A DNA stretch of 64,000 bases from Alphaproteobacteria bacterium. Lineage in GTDB: Bacteria; Pseudomonadota; Alphaproteobacteria; UBA828. Positions 40,201 through 48,310 of this stretch are shown here, piece by piece. Each line of letters starts with the position of its first letter. The first letter of the stretch is position 1. Location: assembly GCA_965221125.1 (NCBI GenBank), contig CBDCRW010000005.1:700419-764418 (forward strand), read 5' to 3'. A program made the translations under genes and the position numbers. The notes beneath the pieces were generated by a model, which was given only the letters and a program-made list of their open reading frames with translations, was not told the DNA's origin and searched no databases.

Positions 40201-43200
40201 GCCGTCGACGAAGAGAGCGAGACGATCAGCTTCAAGGGCACCGCTACCGGCCTGACCGTGGCCGACGCCACGATCACGCTCACCGACGACGACACGAAGG
40301 GGGTGACGGTTTCGGCGGCGGCGGCCGGGCTGACGGTCCGGGAGACGGACGACGGCGGCACCACGGAGACGACGGAGAATGTGGCCACCTACACGGTGGT
40401 TCTCACGAGCCAGCCGACGGGCGACGTGGTGATCGATGTCGAGGTGCCGGAGGGGGCGCCGTTCACGGCGTCGCCTTCGCGCCTGACCTTCACTGCGAGC
40501 GGGGCCGGCATCTGGAGCACGGCGCAGGTGGTGACCGTGACGGCTGTCGACGACAACGTCGACAACACGGGCAACCAGCGCAGCGCGTCGATCACCCATG
40601 CCCTGACCGTCGGGAGTTCCGACTATGGCGGCGTGAGCGTGCCTGCGGTGACGGTCAGGGTCACGGACGACGACGCGGCGCCGACGGCCCTGACGCTGAC
40701 GGTGGATGCGGACACGGAGACCGACAACGTGCAGTCGTCCGTTTCCGAGGGTGGCGGCGCCAAGACGGTGCGGGTGACGGCGACGCTGGGCGGTTCGACG
40801 ACCTTCGCCGTGGACAAGACGGTGACCGTCGAGGTGGGCAAGTCCAGCGACAGCGCCACCGAGGGCACGGATTACGCGATGGTGGGGACGCAGAGCATCA
40901 CCCTCAAGGCGGGAGCGTCGAGCGCGTATGTGGACTTCGCCCTGACGCCGACGGCCGACTCGCTGCACGAGGGCTCCGAGACCATCAGCCTCGACGGGAC
41001 GCTTGCCGGGGTGACGGTGACGGACGCCGTGATCACGCTGACCGACGACGACAGCGCACCGACGACGGCGACGCTCACCGTGGACGCCGATACCGGCACC
41101 AACAACGAGCAGAACTCGCTGGCCGAGGGCGGCGGCGCCAAGACCATCCGGGTGACGGCGACGCTCGACGGCTCGACGACCTTTACCGCCGACAAGACGG
41201 TGACCGTCGAGGTGGGCGATGCCGGCGACAGCGCCGCCGAGGGCACCGATTACGCGATGGTGGCAACGCAGAGCATCATCATCAAGGCGGGGGCGTCGAG
41301 CGGGCATGTGGATTTCACCCTGACGCCGACCGACGACGCCGTCGACGAAGAGAGCGAGACGATCAGCTTCAAGGGCACCGCTACCGGCCTGACCGTGGCC
41401 GACGCCACGATCACGCTCACCGACGACGACACGAAGGGGGTGACGGTTTCGGCGGCGGCGGCCGGGCTGACGATCCGGGAGACCGATGACGGCAGCACCA
41501 CGGAGACGACGGAGAATGTGGCCACCTACACGGTGGTTCTCACGAGCCAGCCGACGGGCGACGTGGTGATCGATGTCGAGGTGCCGGAGGGGGCGCCGTT
41601 CACGGCGTCGCCTTCGCGCCTGACCTTCACTGCGAGCGGGGCCGGCATCTGGAGCACGGCGCAGGTGGTGACCGTGACGGCTGTCGACGACAACGTCGAC
41701 AACACGGGCAACCAGCGCAGCGCGTCGATCACCCATGCCCTGACCGTCGGGAGTTCCGACTATGGCGGCGTGAGCGTGCCTGCGGTGACGGTCAGGGTCA
41801 CGGACGACGACGCGGCGCCGACGGCCCTGACGCTGACGGTGGATGCGGACACGGAGACCGACAACGTGCAGTCGTCCGTTTCCGAGGGTGGCGGCGCCAA
41901 GACGGTGCGGGTGACGGCGACGCTGGGCGGTTCGACGACCTTCGCCGTGGACAAGACGGTGACCGTCGAGGTGGGCAAGTCCAGCGACAGCGCCACCGAG
42001 GGCACGGATTACGCGATGGTGGGGACGCAGAGCATCACCCTCAAGGCGGGAGCGTCGAGCGCGTATGTGGACTTCGCCCTGACGCCGACGGCCGACTCGC
42101 TGCACGAGGGCTCCGAGACCATCAGCCTCGACGGGACGCTTGCCGGGGTGACGGTGACGGACGCCGTGATCACGCTGACCGACGACGACAGCGCACCGAC
42201 GACGGCGACGCTCACCGTGGACGCCGATACCGGCACCAACAACGAGCAGAACTCGCTGGCCGAGGGCGGCGGCGCCAAGACCATCCGGGTGACGGCGACG
42301 CTCGACGGCTCGACGACCTTTACCGCCGACAAGACGGTGACCGTCGAGGTGGGCGATGCCGGCGACAGCGCCGCCGAGGGCACCGATTACGCGATGGTGG
42401 CAACGCAGAGCATCATCATCAAGGCGGGGGCGTCGAGCGGGCATGTGGAATTCACGCTGACGCCGACACAGGACCAGCTGGCCGAGGGCTCCGAGACGAT
42501 CAGCTTCAAGGGCACCGCCACCGGCCTGACGGTGGCGGACGCCACGATCACGATCACGGATGATGACGCGGCGCGGATGATCACAGTCTTGCTCTCGGCA
42601 TCGGATTACGAGGTGTTCGAGGGCGAAGCGCTCACGGTGAAGGTGAATCTGTCCGAATCCCGCGCTGCCGATACGGTGATTGCTCTGGATCCCGCGACCC
42701 AGACAGGCCAAACCGCGACAAATGGCGTCGATTACGACGGCAGCATGCGGACGGTGACGATCCTGGCGGGTGAGACGAGCGGGACAGCCCGCATTTCGAC
42801 CACGGCGGACGACCGAAAGGACCCGAACGAAACCTTTACGGTGGCAATTCAGGAATTCGGATTGTCGGGTGATGTCATCCTCGGGGAGCCCCACACGGCT
42901 GTCGTCACGATCCGGGAGCGGGTGACCGGGGTAACGCCGCCGGCGACGGCGACGGTCGAGTATGCGGGCGCCGACAGCCGGATCACGCTGACCGTGCCGA
43001 CGGACCTGCAAGGCAATGGCATCGATGTGGCGTTCCGATATAGCACGGACAAGGGGACGGCCAGGAGCGGCGGGTTCCAATGCGGGGATGATGACGACGC
43101 CGACTTGATCAATCGCGAAGTTGTCGGCTCCGGAACTCCGGGGGAGGTGATCAACAGGCCCACGCTGCGCCGGATGATGGATCTTGATGCCGACACGGTC

Positions 43201-46200
43201 GATCTGGAGATCAAGCTGTGTCCGGGATCCCGGGGCAAGACCTTCGATGTCATCTGGGACACCACTCTTTACCTCGGTAACCCGGACCGGGGCTTTCCTG
43301 GTATCAGGAGCACTCCGTTCGACGCCGCTGCGGCCCATTGCTCCTCGGCCAGTCTGTGCCGTACGAGAGTAACGATCGAAGGCGGCGACGCAGTGGAAGC
43401 GTGCGTTTCGCATAGTCTCAGGGAGACCGTGGAATTCTATGCCGGGGAGGCGCATCACGGTGATGCGCATGTCGACCGGTGGAAGCAGGTGCTGGCGGCC
43501 TTTGGCGATGACAATGGCTATACGCCGATAACCGCCGCCGAGGCGCAGCAGAATGCGAACCAATTCCAAGCGAGCCGCTGGAACCCGGTGGTGACGACGC
43601 TCCAGTGCCTGGAGGCGGCTCCTGCAGCCGAGGACTCCTCTGTTCCGGCCGGTCCTGAGGTCACGATCTTGGGCGGCGGCGATATCGCTGAAGGTGCCGC
43701 CGCCGTCCTCACCGTCCAGGCGAATCCGGTGCCGGCGTCAGACCTCACGGTTGCGCTTGCCATTGCCGACGACACTGCAAGCGACTTCCTGGCGGAGAAC
43801 GATGAGGGCCCGAAGACGGTCACGATAAAGGCCGGCGAGAGTTCGGCTGCCTATACGCTCACCACGGTGGATGATAACGTCGAGGAAGCGGACGGCAGTG
43901 TGTCGGCAATGGTAGAGGCCGGAACCGGCTATCGGGTCGGCACCCCGTCCAAGGTCGTGGTGGCGGTTAGCGACGATGACGATCCGGCGCCGGTCGCGCC
44001 GGTGGTAAACATCGCAGGTGGTGCCGGGGTGACGGAGGGAGCCCCAGCCTCGTTTACCGTCACGGCGAACCCGGCGCCTGCTGCGCCGCTCACCGTGGCG
44101 CTGACAATTGACCAGAGTGGAGACTATGCCGCCACCGGCGAGACCGGTGTCAGGGAGGTCGTGGTTCCTACCGAGGGTAGCATGACCTTCGAGGTTGCGA
44201 CGGTGAACGACACGGTGGACGAGCCCGACGGCTCGATCTCTGCAACCCTCGCCGCCGGCACGGGCTACGCGGTGGCGGCGTCTCCGGACGACATGGCCTC
44301 GGTCGCGGTCGCGGACGACGATGTCGCGGCGGCGGGCGTGCCGTCCTTCTCGGTGGACGATGCCGAGGGGAAAGAGAACGAATGGATGCTTCGCTACACC
44401 ATCCGGCTGAGCCGGGTCTCGGACCGCACGGTTTCGGTGTGGGTGCATACCCGGGAGTCGGACCCGGTGTCGGCGCGCGACGGCGAGGACTACGTTGGCA
44501 TGGGCTGGGGCACGCGGATCGTCTTCCGTCCGGGGACGACCGAGTGGGAGCTTGGGATCACCCTGATCAACGACAGCCATGACGAGGGTTCGGAGACCTT
44601 CGAGGTGGAACTGCTGGCCCCACAGGGCGGCGCGACGATCACCGACGGCGTGGGCGTGATGACGATCGTGAACGACGATCCGATGCCGGCGGCGTGGCTC
44701 GCGCGCTTCGGTCGCACGGTTGCGGAGCAGGCGCTCGACAGCATCGCCGGGCGCATCGCGGCGCCGCGCGAGGCGGGCGCGCAAGGCACGCTTGCCGGGC
44801 AGGCGCTGAACCTCGGTACGGGTTCGGGGGCTGACGGCGCGGCGAACGATGCCGGATCGTTGTCGATGGCGGCAAACGACAATGCGCCCTTGGGCGGTGT
44901 TTCCCGCGGCGTGTCGCTTGCGCAATCCGATGTCGCCCGCGCCTTCGGCGCTTCCGCCGACCGCCCCGGATCGGGTCCGGGGCAGGCTTTCGGCGGAGGC
45001 TATGGTCCGGATAACACGCATGGTCTGGGCCAATCCCGCACCATGACCGGTCTTGAGGCGCTGCTGGGCTCGAGCTTCACCGCTACGGGGGAGACCGACA
45101 GCAGCGGCGGCAGGCTTGCCTTCTGGGGCCGGGCGGCGCAGTCGAGCTTCGACGGCCGCGAGGGGGCGTTCTCGCTTGATGGCGAGACCACCACTGCCAT
45201 GCTGGGCGCGGACTACGCCCGCAGTAACTGGCTGGTCGGGCTCGCGCTGATGCAGAGTTCCGGCGAGGGCGGCTATGCCGATGCCGGAACGGGGTCCGTG
45301 CGCTGTCCCCAGGACCTGGACGCGGAGACGCGGGCGGTCCTGTGCAACGGCGCGGTGCGGGAGGGCGACGGCGATGTCGAGGCGTCGCTGACGGCCGCCG
45401 TTCCCTATGCGGCGATCCAGCCGTCGGAACGCCTCAGGCTCTGGGGCGCGGCGGGCTACGGCACGGGCGAGGTGACGCTCAAGCCGGACGTGGGCGGCGC
45501 GCTCAAGTCGGACCTCTCCTGGACCATGGCGGCGGCGGGCGCGCGGAGCGACCTGCTGCCTCCGCCCAGGGAAGGGAACGGCCTTGCGTTGGCGCTGACT
45601 ACGGACGCGTTCTGGGCGCGGACCTCCTCGGAGAAGACGCACGAGCTGGCGGCGTCGGACTCCGACGTGACCCGGCTCCGGCTCGGTCTGGAGGGCGGCT
45701 ACGCCATCGCCATGGAAGGCGGCGGTAGTCTGATGCCCAGGGTCGAGATCGGTGCCCGCCATGACGGCGGCGACGCCGAGACCGGGTTGGGCGTGGAGCT
45801 CGGCGGCGGCATCGCCTGGACCGGTCCGGCGATCGGGCTCTCGCTCGACCTCTCGGGCCGGACGCTGATCGCGCACGGCAACGGCGATCTGGAGGACCGG
45901 GGCTTCGCGGCCTCGCTCGCCTTCGATCCGAACCCGGGCACGGAGCGCGGGTTGTCGCTGACGCTCCGCCAGGACTGGGGCGGATCGGCGCAAGGCGGGC
46001 TCGACGCGCTGTTCGCGACCAACCCGCTGGCGGACCGCACCGGCTTCGGCGAGGCGGAGAGCCGCTGGCAGGCGGAGGCCGCCTACGGCTTCCCGGCCTT
46101 CTCGGGACGCTTCACCGGCAGCCCGCATGCCGGGCTGGGGCTTGCCACCGGCGCGCGCGACTACACGCTCGGCTGGCGGCTCTCGCCGGCGGCCAATGCC

Positions 46201-46302
46201 AACGCGCCCGATCTCTCCTTCGGGGTGAAGGCAACGCGGCGGGAGAGCGACACGGCGGCGCCGGAGCACACCGTGGGGTTCGAGCTTCGGGCGAACTGGT
46301 GA
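31207..46302 (+). CDS. Giant (5031 aa) Calx-beta/Ig-like repeat adhesin with C-terminal autotransporter beta-barrel
   Basis: Signal-peptide-like N-terminus; many T/V/D-rich modules ending 'ITDDD'; 'WLARFGRTVAEQ' linker; amphipathic barrel ending GFELRANW. Confidence 0.88.
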   Translation: MSLRTGFRANGLGAGLSILRWSRILRLACFLGLLTAFIAALWALTVLAQTPPLKVTLSVPANTQLTEGGGNSVVTVTASIASGRSADLIIDLSLGGTAKSSDYEVVGSLPAITITAGQTTGTGDVTLSAMDDSFFEGPETLRVEGTIRGQPQDEVASVDITIADNDSAPQLNVTVDPPNRLIQEGARQQFDIVVSLIGGGRFEESETITVSLADDNQIEPPDERDFAKDGRYLPSEPPWNLTLPAGSGSATIRVTFDSRDDMNDSEGREEARLVAELSAVGATLSKRFRLFTLTDPIRYATFSVHCDELPAYSGTTDATCHARISNPQAIRSYVVTMTAEKPQLVEPDSVTFPSISYRAGGNRSADMDVEFTVDERAAGETLRWNLSVTPDDGISNAVLRPFAVATWPAADSDFQISEYDARVVSTTSGIATRGFTVFEIVFSTPRPVTIVGPPSVEIVLDSGAVSAPCTVQGARIRCIYRVQEGDYDFDRTVELRTGAVKFTGWRDRRDTTVSGGVASPLPAQGESYSGFPLVFGGTHAIDIGVSPQSLQEGAGEQQLTITAQDLTGKAAATDVVIPLSIADITTSPSDYSVTGTLSVTIPKGSSEGRTTGVSMTAIADPIRENRIEKLRIEGTKGAMMTPFVRGAELSIIDSASIALSVSPAEVAENGSAREVMVTAEWGDPADSVLPRDTEVTLSWGGTAGPGDYSRTGGATVTIPANGRSGTTSVTITPTDDKLLEGNETVHISGTALGHSVFPANLTITDDETVPAVTLAVDVNSLSEGGRAEMVTVSATLDAEVAMANDETTVTLDLAGTAALGEDYTASWSPSSRVITIPRGATAGSNTVTLTLTPTDDSVKEDDETIVVQGMATTDMANRDLVVKVATITLLDDDALGVFFSPTALTVDEGSTATYEVWLGTRPSDTVTVSLSSTDMSVATVNSNSLTFGPTTWSTRQPVTVNGVDDDLRNGEDGKRTAEIHHTAAGGDYDDAEVATLPVTVSDDEEPVRFTIADASADEGQAITFNVTRLGAAGAAATVDWSTVDDTDGSYPASAGDYTAQTTAQTLSFAAGETRKTITVQTTQDTLDEEDETFLVKLSAPSTGTSIGDGTATGKITDDDATTAQVSLAAPAAVAEGAAGATTKMTFTVGLSAASGRQVKVDYADAGSGTATADGDYSLTAGTLTFAPGDTSKTIDVPVNGDDVDEISETVVLRLSSPVNASFADGVAMLDATGTITDDDPTKVTLSAPSGPIAENGGSKILTVTLGRALTGDEAFDVPLKLRGVATLGDDYTLAAPTNTPTGVAYSNLASDDLKKSPPTVSFSGVANAASSATLTLTAMADDIDEGTSERVTVALGTLDANSGTNLDGGASGMGTVKFTITEDDGVPPTATLTVDADTGTNNAQNSLAEDGGAKTVRVTATLDGSTTFTADKTVTVEVGDAGDSAAEGTDYAMVATQTITLKAGASSGHVDFTLTPTDDAVDEESETISFKGTATGLTVADATITLTDDDTKGVTVSAAAAGLTVRETDDGGTTETTENVATYTVVLTSQPTGDVVIDVEVPEGAPFTASPSRLTFTASGAGIWSTAQEVTVTAVDDNVDNTGNQRSASITHALTVGSSDYGGVSVPAVTVRVTDDDAAPTALTLTVDADTETDNVQSSVSEGGGAKTVRVTATLGGSTTFAVDKTVTVEVGKSSDSATEGTDYAMVGTQSITLKAGASSAYVDFTLTPTDDAVDEENEIISLDGSLAGVTVTDAEITITDDDDAPGGIALSVDTDSVTADSQTEVGEAAGATTVEVTATVTGSTTYSGAQTVAVSVSGDTATVTDDFAAVTGFTITIPAGTASARGMFTLTPVADAIDENDETVDVTGTVSGDGAPAVTGATITIKDDDTKGVTVSAAAAGLTIRETDDGGTTQTTENVATYTVVLTSQPTGDVVIDVEVPEGAPFTASPSRLTFTPSGAGIWSTAQVVTVTAVDDNVDNTGNQRSASITHALTVGSSDYGGVSVPAVTVRVTDDDAAPTALTLTVDADTETDNVQSSVSEGGGAKTVRVTATLGGSTTFAVDKTVTVEVGKSSDSATEGTDYAMVGTQSITLKAGASSAYVDFTLTPTDDAVDEENEIISLDGSLAGVTVTDAEITITDDDDAPGGIALSVDTDSVTADSQTEVGEAAGATTVEVTATVTGSTTYSGAQTVAVSVSGDTATVTDDFAAVTGFTITIPAGTASARGMFTLTPVADAIDENDETVDVTGTVSGDGAPAVTGATITIKDDDTKGVTVSAAAAGLTIRETDDGGTTQTTENVATYTVVLTSQPTGDVVIDVEVPEGAPFTASPSRLTFTPSGAGIWSTAQEVTVTAVDDNVDNTGNQRSASITHALTVGSSDYGGVSVPAVTVRVTDDDAAPTALTLTVDADTETDNVQSSVSEGGGAKTVRVTATLGGSTTFAVDKTVTVEVGKSSDSATEGTDYAMVGTQSITLKAGASSAHVDFALTPTDDAVDEVNETISLDGSLAGVTVADAEITLTDDDDAPGGIALSVDTDSVTADSQTEVGEAAGATTVTVTATVTGGTTYSAAQTVAVSVSGDTATVTDDFAAVTGFTITIPAGTASARGMFTLTPVADAIDENDETVDVTGTVSGDGAPAVTGATITIKDDDTKGVTVSAAAAGLTIRETDDGGTTETTENVATYTVVLTSQPTGNVVIDVEVPGGAPFTASPSRLTFTPSGAGIWSTAQEVTVTAVDDNVDNTGNRRSASITHALTVGSSDYGGVSVPDVTVTVTDDDAAPTALTLTVDADTETDNVQSSVSEGGGAKTVRVTATLGGSTTFAVDKTVTVEVGHADDSATEGTDYAMVGTQSITLKAGASSAYVDFALTPTDDPLHEGPETISVEGALSGVSVTDATITITDDDTAPTALTLTVDADTGTNNVQNSLAEGGGAKTVRVTATLDGSTTFTADKTVTVEVGDAGDSAAEGTDYAMVATQTITLKAGASSGHVDFTLTPTDDAVDEESETISFKGTATGLTVADATITLTDDDTKGVTVSAAAAGLTVRETDDGGTTETTENVATYTVVLTSQPTGDVVIDVEVPEGAPFTASPSRLTFTASGAGIWSTAQVVTVTAVDDNVDNTGNQRSASITHALTVGSSDYGGVSVPAVTVRVTDDDAAPTALTLTVDADTETDNVQSSVSEGGGAKTVRVTATLGGSTTFAVDKTVTVEVGKSSDSATEGTDYAMVGTQSITLKAGASSAYVDFALTPTADSLHEGSETISLDGTLAGVTVTDAVITLTDDDSAPTTATLTVDADTGTNNEQNSLAEGGGAKTIRVTATLDGSTTFTADKTVTVEVGDAGDSAAEGTDYAMVATQSIIIKAGASSGHVDFTLTPTDDAVDEESETISFKGTATGLTVADATITLTDDDTKGVTVSAAAAGLTIRETDDGSTTETTENVATYTVVLTSQPTGDVVIDVEVPEGAPFTASPSRLTFTASGAGIWSTAQVVTVTAVDDNVDNTGNQRSASITHALTVGSSDYGGVSVPAVTVRVTDDDAAPTALTLTVDADTETDNVQSSVSEGGGAKTVRVTATLGGSTTFAVDKTVTVEVGKSSDSATEGTDYAMVGTQSITLKAGASSAYVDFALTPTADSLHEGSETISLDGTLAGVTVTDAVITLTDDDSAPTTATLTVDADTGTNNEQNSLAEGGGAKTIRVTATLDGSTTFTADKTVTVEVGDAGDSAAEGTDYAMVATQSIIIKAGASSGHVEFTLTPTQDQLAEGSETISFKGTATGLTVADATITITDDDAARMITVLLSASDYEVFEGEALTVKVNLSESRAADTVIALDPATQTGQTATNGVDYDGSMRTVTILAGETSGTARISTTADDRKDPNETFTVAIQEFGLSGDVILGEPHTAVVTIRERVTGVTPPATATVEYAGADSRITLTVPTDLQGNGIDVAFRYSTDKGTARSGGFQCGDDDDADLINREVVGSGTPGEVINRPTLRRMMDLDADTVDLEIKLCPGSRGKTFDVIWDTTLYLGNPDRGFPGIRSTPFDAAAAHCSSASLCRTRVTIEGGDAVEACVSHSLRETVEFYAGEAHHGDAHVDRWKQVLAAFGDDNGYTPITAAEAQQNANQFQASRWNPVVTTLQCLEAAPAAEDSSVPAGPEVTILGGGDIAEGAAAVLTVQANPVPASDLTVALAIADDTASDFLAENDEGPKTVTIKAGESSAAYTLTTVDDNVEEADGSVSAMVEAGTGYRVGTPSKVVVAVSDDDDPAPVAPVVNIAGGAGVTEGAPASFTVTANPAPAAPLTVALTIDQSGDYAATGETGVREVVVPTEGSMTFEVATVNDTVDEPDGSISATLAAGTGYAVAASPDDMASVAVADDDVAAAGVPSFSVDDAEGKENEWMLRYTIRLSRVSDRTVSVWVHTRESDPVSARDGEDYVGMGWGTRIVFRPGTTEWELGITLINDSHDEGSETFEVELLAPQGGATITDGVGVMTIVNDDPMPAAWLARFGRTVAEQALDSIAGRIAAPREAGAQGTLAGQALNLGTGSGADGAANDAGSLSMAANDNAPLGGVSRGVSLAQSDVARAFGASADRPGSGPGQAFGGGYGPDNTHGLGQSRTMTGLEALLGSSFTATGETDSSGGRLAFWGRAAQSSFDGREGAFSLDGETTTAMLGADYARSNWLVGLALMQSSGEGGYADAGTGSVRCPQDLDAETRAVLCNGAVREGDGDVEASLTAAVPYAAIQPSERLRLWGAAGYGTGEVTLKPDVGGALKSDLSWTMAAAGARSDLLPPPREGNGLALALTTDAFWARTSSEKTHELAASDSDVTRLRLGLEGGYAIAMEGGGSLMPRVEIGARHDGGDAETGLGVELGGGIAWTGPAIGLSLDLSGRTLIAHGNGDLEDRGFAASLAFDPNPGTERGLSLTLRQDWGGSAQGGLDALFATNPLADRTGFGEAESRWQAEAAYGFPAFSGRFTGSPHAGLGLATGARDYTLGWRLSPAANANAPDLSFGVKATRRESDTAAPEHTVGFELRANW
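35370..42570 (+). repeat. Near-identical intragenic tandem repeats with 1140/1137-bp period
   Basis: GACGACACGAAGGGGGTGACGG starts at 35731, 36871, 38011, 39151, 40288 and 41425. Confidence 0.95.
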
Positions 46303-46464
46303 GCGCGACGCCCGGCGATGGCGCGGCAGGTCCGCGGATGGGACGCCCTGCGGGCCTGGCGTTTCATCCGGGCCAGCAAGGCCTATCGCGACGCCTGGGC
46401 GAAGCATCGCTTTCTTCCCGGCCTGCCGGGGCGGGCGCCCTTCCCGGTGCGCCTCCAGACCGCC
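46299..46464 (+). pseudogene. Truncated, frameshifted DUF6499/DUF2285-like regulator remnant
   Basis: Reads RAWRFIRASKAYRDAW...PFPVRLQTA, resembling the AWxFLRRNxxY motif; it breaks at a GTAAGC IS66-like end at 46465. Confidence 0.45.
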
Positions 46465-46679
46465 GTAAGCCTCCGGCGGGGACCGCCTGTGCGGTGACCT
46501 GAAAATCGGCGAGTCTTCGTGATCGGGGGTGGGCACCGTGGTGCCCACTGTGGACCAGACGGAGGCGATCGCGGATGTCGGACGATCAGCAGAAAAATTC
46601 GGGCGTTTACGCGCTTGTCGCGCAGCAGGGTGGCGTCGGTGACCGAGCGCGTCGCTCAGATTGCAGGGGCTGTCCGTAC

Positions 46680-47834
46680 TTACCCCGTGACCTCGGCGAT
46701 CCTACTCGCGATGCGATTGGCGGCCGCTTTTACGGGGTCGTTGGCCAAGTGCGCGTAGCGCGAGGTCGTCGTCACCCTGTTGTGGCCAAGGAGCTTGCCG
46801 ATCATCGGAAGCCCTTCACCGACCAGCAGACCGCCGCTGGCAAAGCTGTGCCTGAGGTCATGGATTCGCAGATTTTCGATCCCGGCCCGGTCGAGAATGC
46901 GGCGCCACGAGTCGTGCAGGTAGGCGATGTGCTTGCCACCCCTGATGCCCGGCAACACCCACGGACTGCCGTCTGCGTGCGGGATGCCCCGCAGCACCGC
47001 TATCGCCGGATCGCCCAGGTGCACCACCTTCGACCCGGTCTTGCTATCGGGCAACCTGAGCTCGCCTGCTTCAAGATCGACATGCTCCCACCGCAGGCTC
47101 ATGATCTCCCCGCTCCGGCACCCGGTCAGCATCAGCAAGCGGATCGCGGCGATCGCCACCGGGGAGACGAAGCCCTCCGCCTCCGCGTCCCGCAGCGCGG
47201 CGCCGAGACGGCGGTACTCGTCGTCCGAGAGAAACCGCTCGCGCTTGTGCTCGGGATACTTCTTGACGTGCCGGCACGGATTGACGCCCTCGGGCCGCAT
47301 CTCCCAGACCTCGGCGAGGGTCAGCATGCGCGAGAGCACGCTCAGCGTCCGGTTGGCATGGCCGGGGACGTCGCGCATCTCGTGGTGAAGAGCGGCGACG
47401 TCGTTCTTGCCGAGATTGCCGACCCTGCGCTTGCCAAGCCGGGGAAGGATGCGGTTGTCGATGATCTTGCGGTAGAGCCGCGCGGTGCCGGGCTTCAGAT
47501 GGGCAGGGGCGTACTCGTCCATGAAGCGCTTGGCGAGGTCCGCCACGGTGGCGCCCTTCTTGCCACGAGGGATCTTCCCTTCGAGATCGCGGCCGGTCTT
47601 CGCGAGGGTGACGATTTCTGCAGCCCTTGCCCGTGCGGCGGCGGGCGTGATGGGACCGTGGGGTCCGATGGTGACTTTGACGGATCGTCCCTCGTGTCTG
47701 TACTTGACGATGTAGACCTTGCGCCCGGTCGGATGCACGCGGACCCCGAAACCTTTGATGGCGTCGTCCCAGAGGACGCGCTCCCGCTCTTCGGGGACGA
47801 GGGCATCGACGGTTCTCTTGGTGATTTTCGGCAA
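46680..47834 (-). CDS. Tyrosine recombinase/integrase with N-terminal arm-binding domain
   Basis: LWDDAIKGFGVRV, LTGCRSGEI, DSKTG, HDLRHSFAS and LLGH...TTSRYAHL motifs; TTG start at 47834 with AGGA upstream. Confidence 0.95.
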   Translation of the reverse strand: MPKITKRTVDALVPEERERVLWDDAIKGFGVRVHPTGRKVYIVKYRHEGRSVKVTIGPHGPITPAAARARAAEIVTLAKTGRDLEGKIPRGKKGATVADLAKRFMDEYAPAHLKPGTARLYRKIIDNRILPRLGKRRVGNLGKNDVAALHHEMRDVPGHANRTLSVLSRMLTLAEVWEMRPEGVNPCRHVKKYPEHKRERFLSDDEYRRLGAALRDAEAEGFVSPVAIAAIRLLMLTGCRSGEIMSLRWEHVDLEAGELRLPDSKTGSKVVHLGDPAIAVLRGIPHADGSPWVLPGIRGGKHIAYLHDSWRRILDRAGIENLRIHDLRHSFASGGLLVGEGLPMIGKLLGHNRVTTTSRYAHLANDPVKAAANRIASRIAEVTG

Positions 47835-48148
47835 GGTTCTGAATTTTCCTGCTGATTTTGGGTGCCACATAGGTACCTGAAAAACGCGAACCAGAGCGTA
47901 CGATATCGTACTTCTGACCACAAGGGAATTCACATAAAGCACTGAACGTAGTGCAATATCGTACATCTCTCGTCTTCTAGAGCCATAATCCCAATACTAT
48001 GGTGCGGTGCACGGAGCCGCTTGGTGGGGGCAGGCTCCGCAAATGCAGCACGCAGACCGTCGCACTTCCGGGACTATCGGGCCGGAGCGGCTCGGGGGAG
48101 CCGGCTCGTCGCCGGGCGCTCGTCCACCGGCCTCCCGCCGCCGCCAGC

Positions 48149-48281
48149 TTGGACCACCATGAGCCACCTTGTGCCACTTTGTGCCACTTTGTGCCACTTT
48201 GTGCCGCTCGTTTCGGACCACCTTGGGCCACTTTGGACCACTTTGGACCGGCATAGATCGGAATGGACCGCTTTAGTGCCG
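48149..48281 (+). repeat. Decamer tandem array, G(T/G)(G/A)CCAC(T/C)TT-like, about 11 units
   Basis: GTGCCACTTT x3 exact at 48171-48200, with degenerate in-phase copies on both sides. Confidence 0.85.
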
Positions 48282-48310
48282 TTTCGTGCAAAACGAAAAC
48301 GCTTCAGCCT

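Noticed and set aside
34012-43569. 3185-aa minus-strand ORF
   Set aside because: Antisense shadow of the repetitive high-GC adhesin; R/H/G-rich with no protein motifs.
48149-48281. Possible CRISPR array
   Set aside because: 10-bp units with no unique spacers, and no cas genes in the window.
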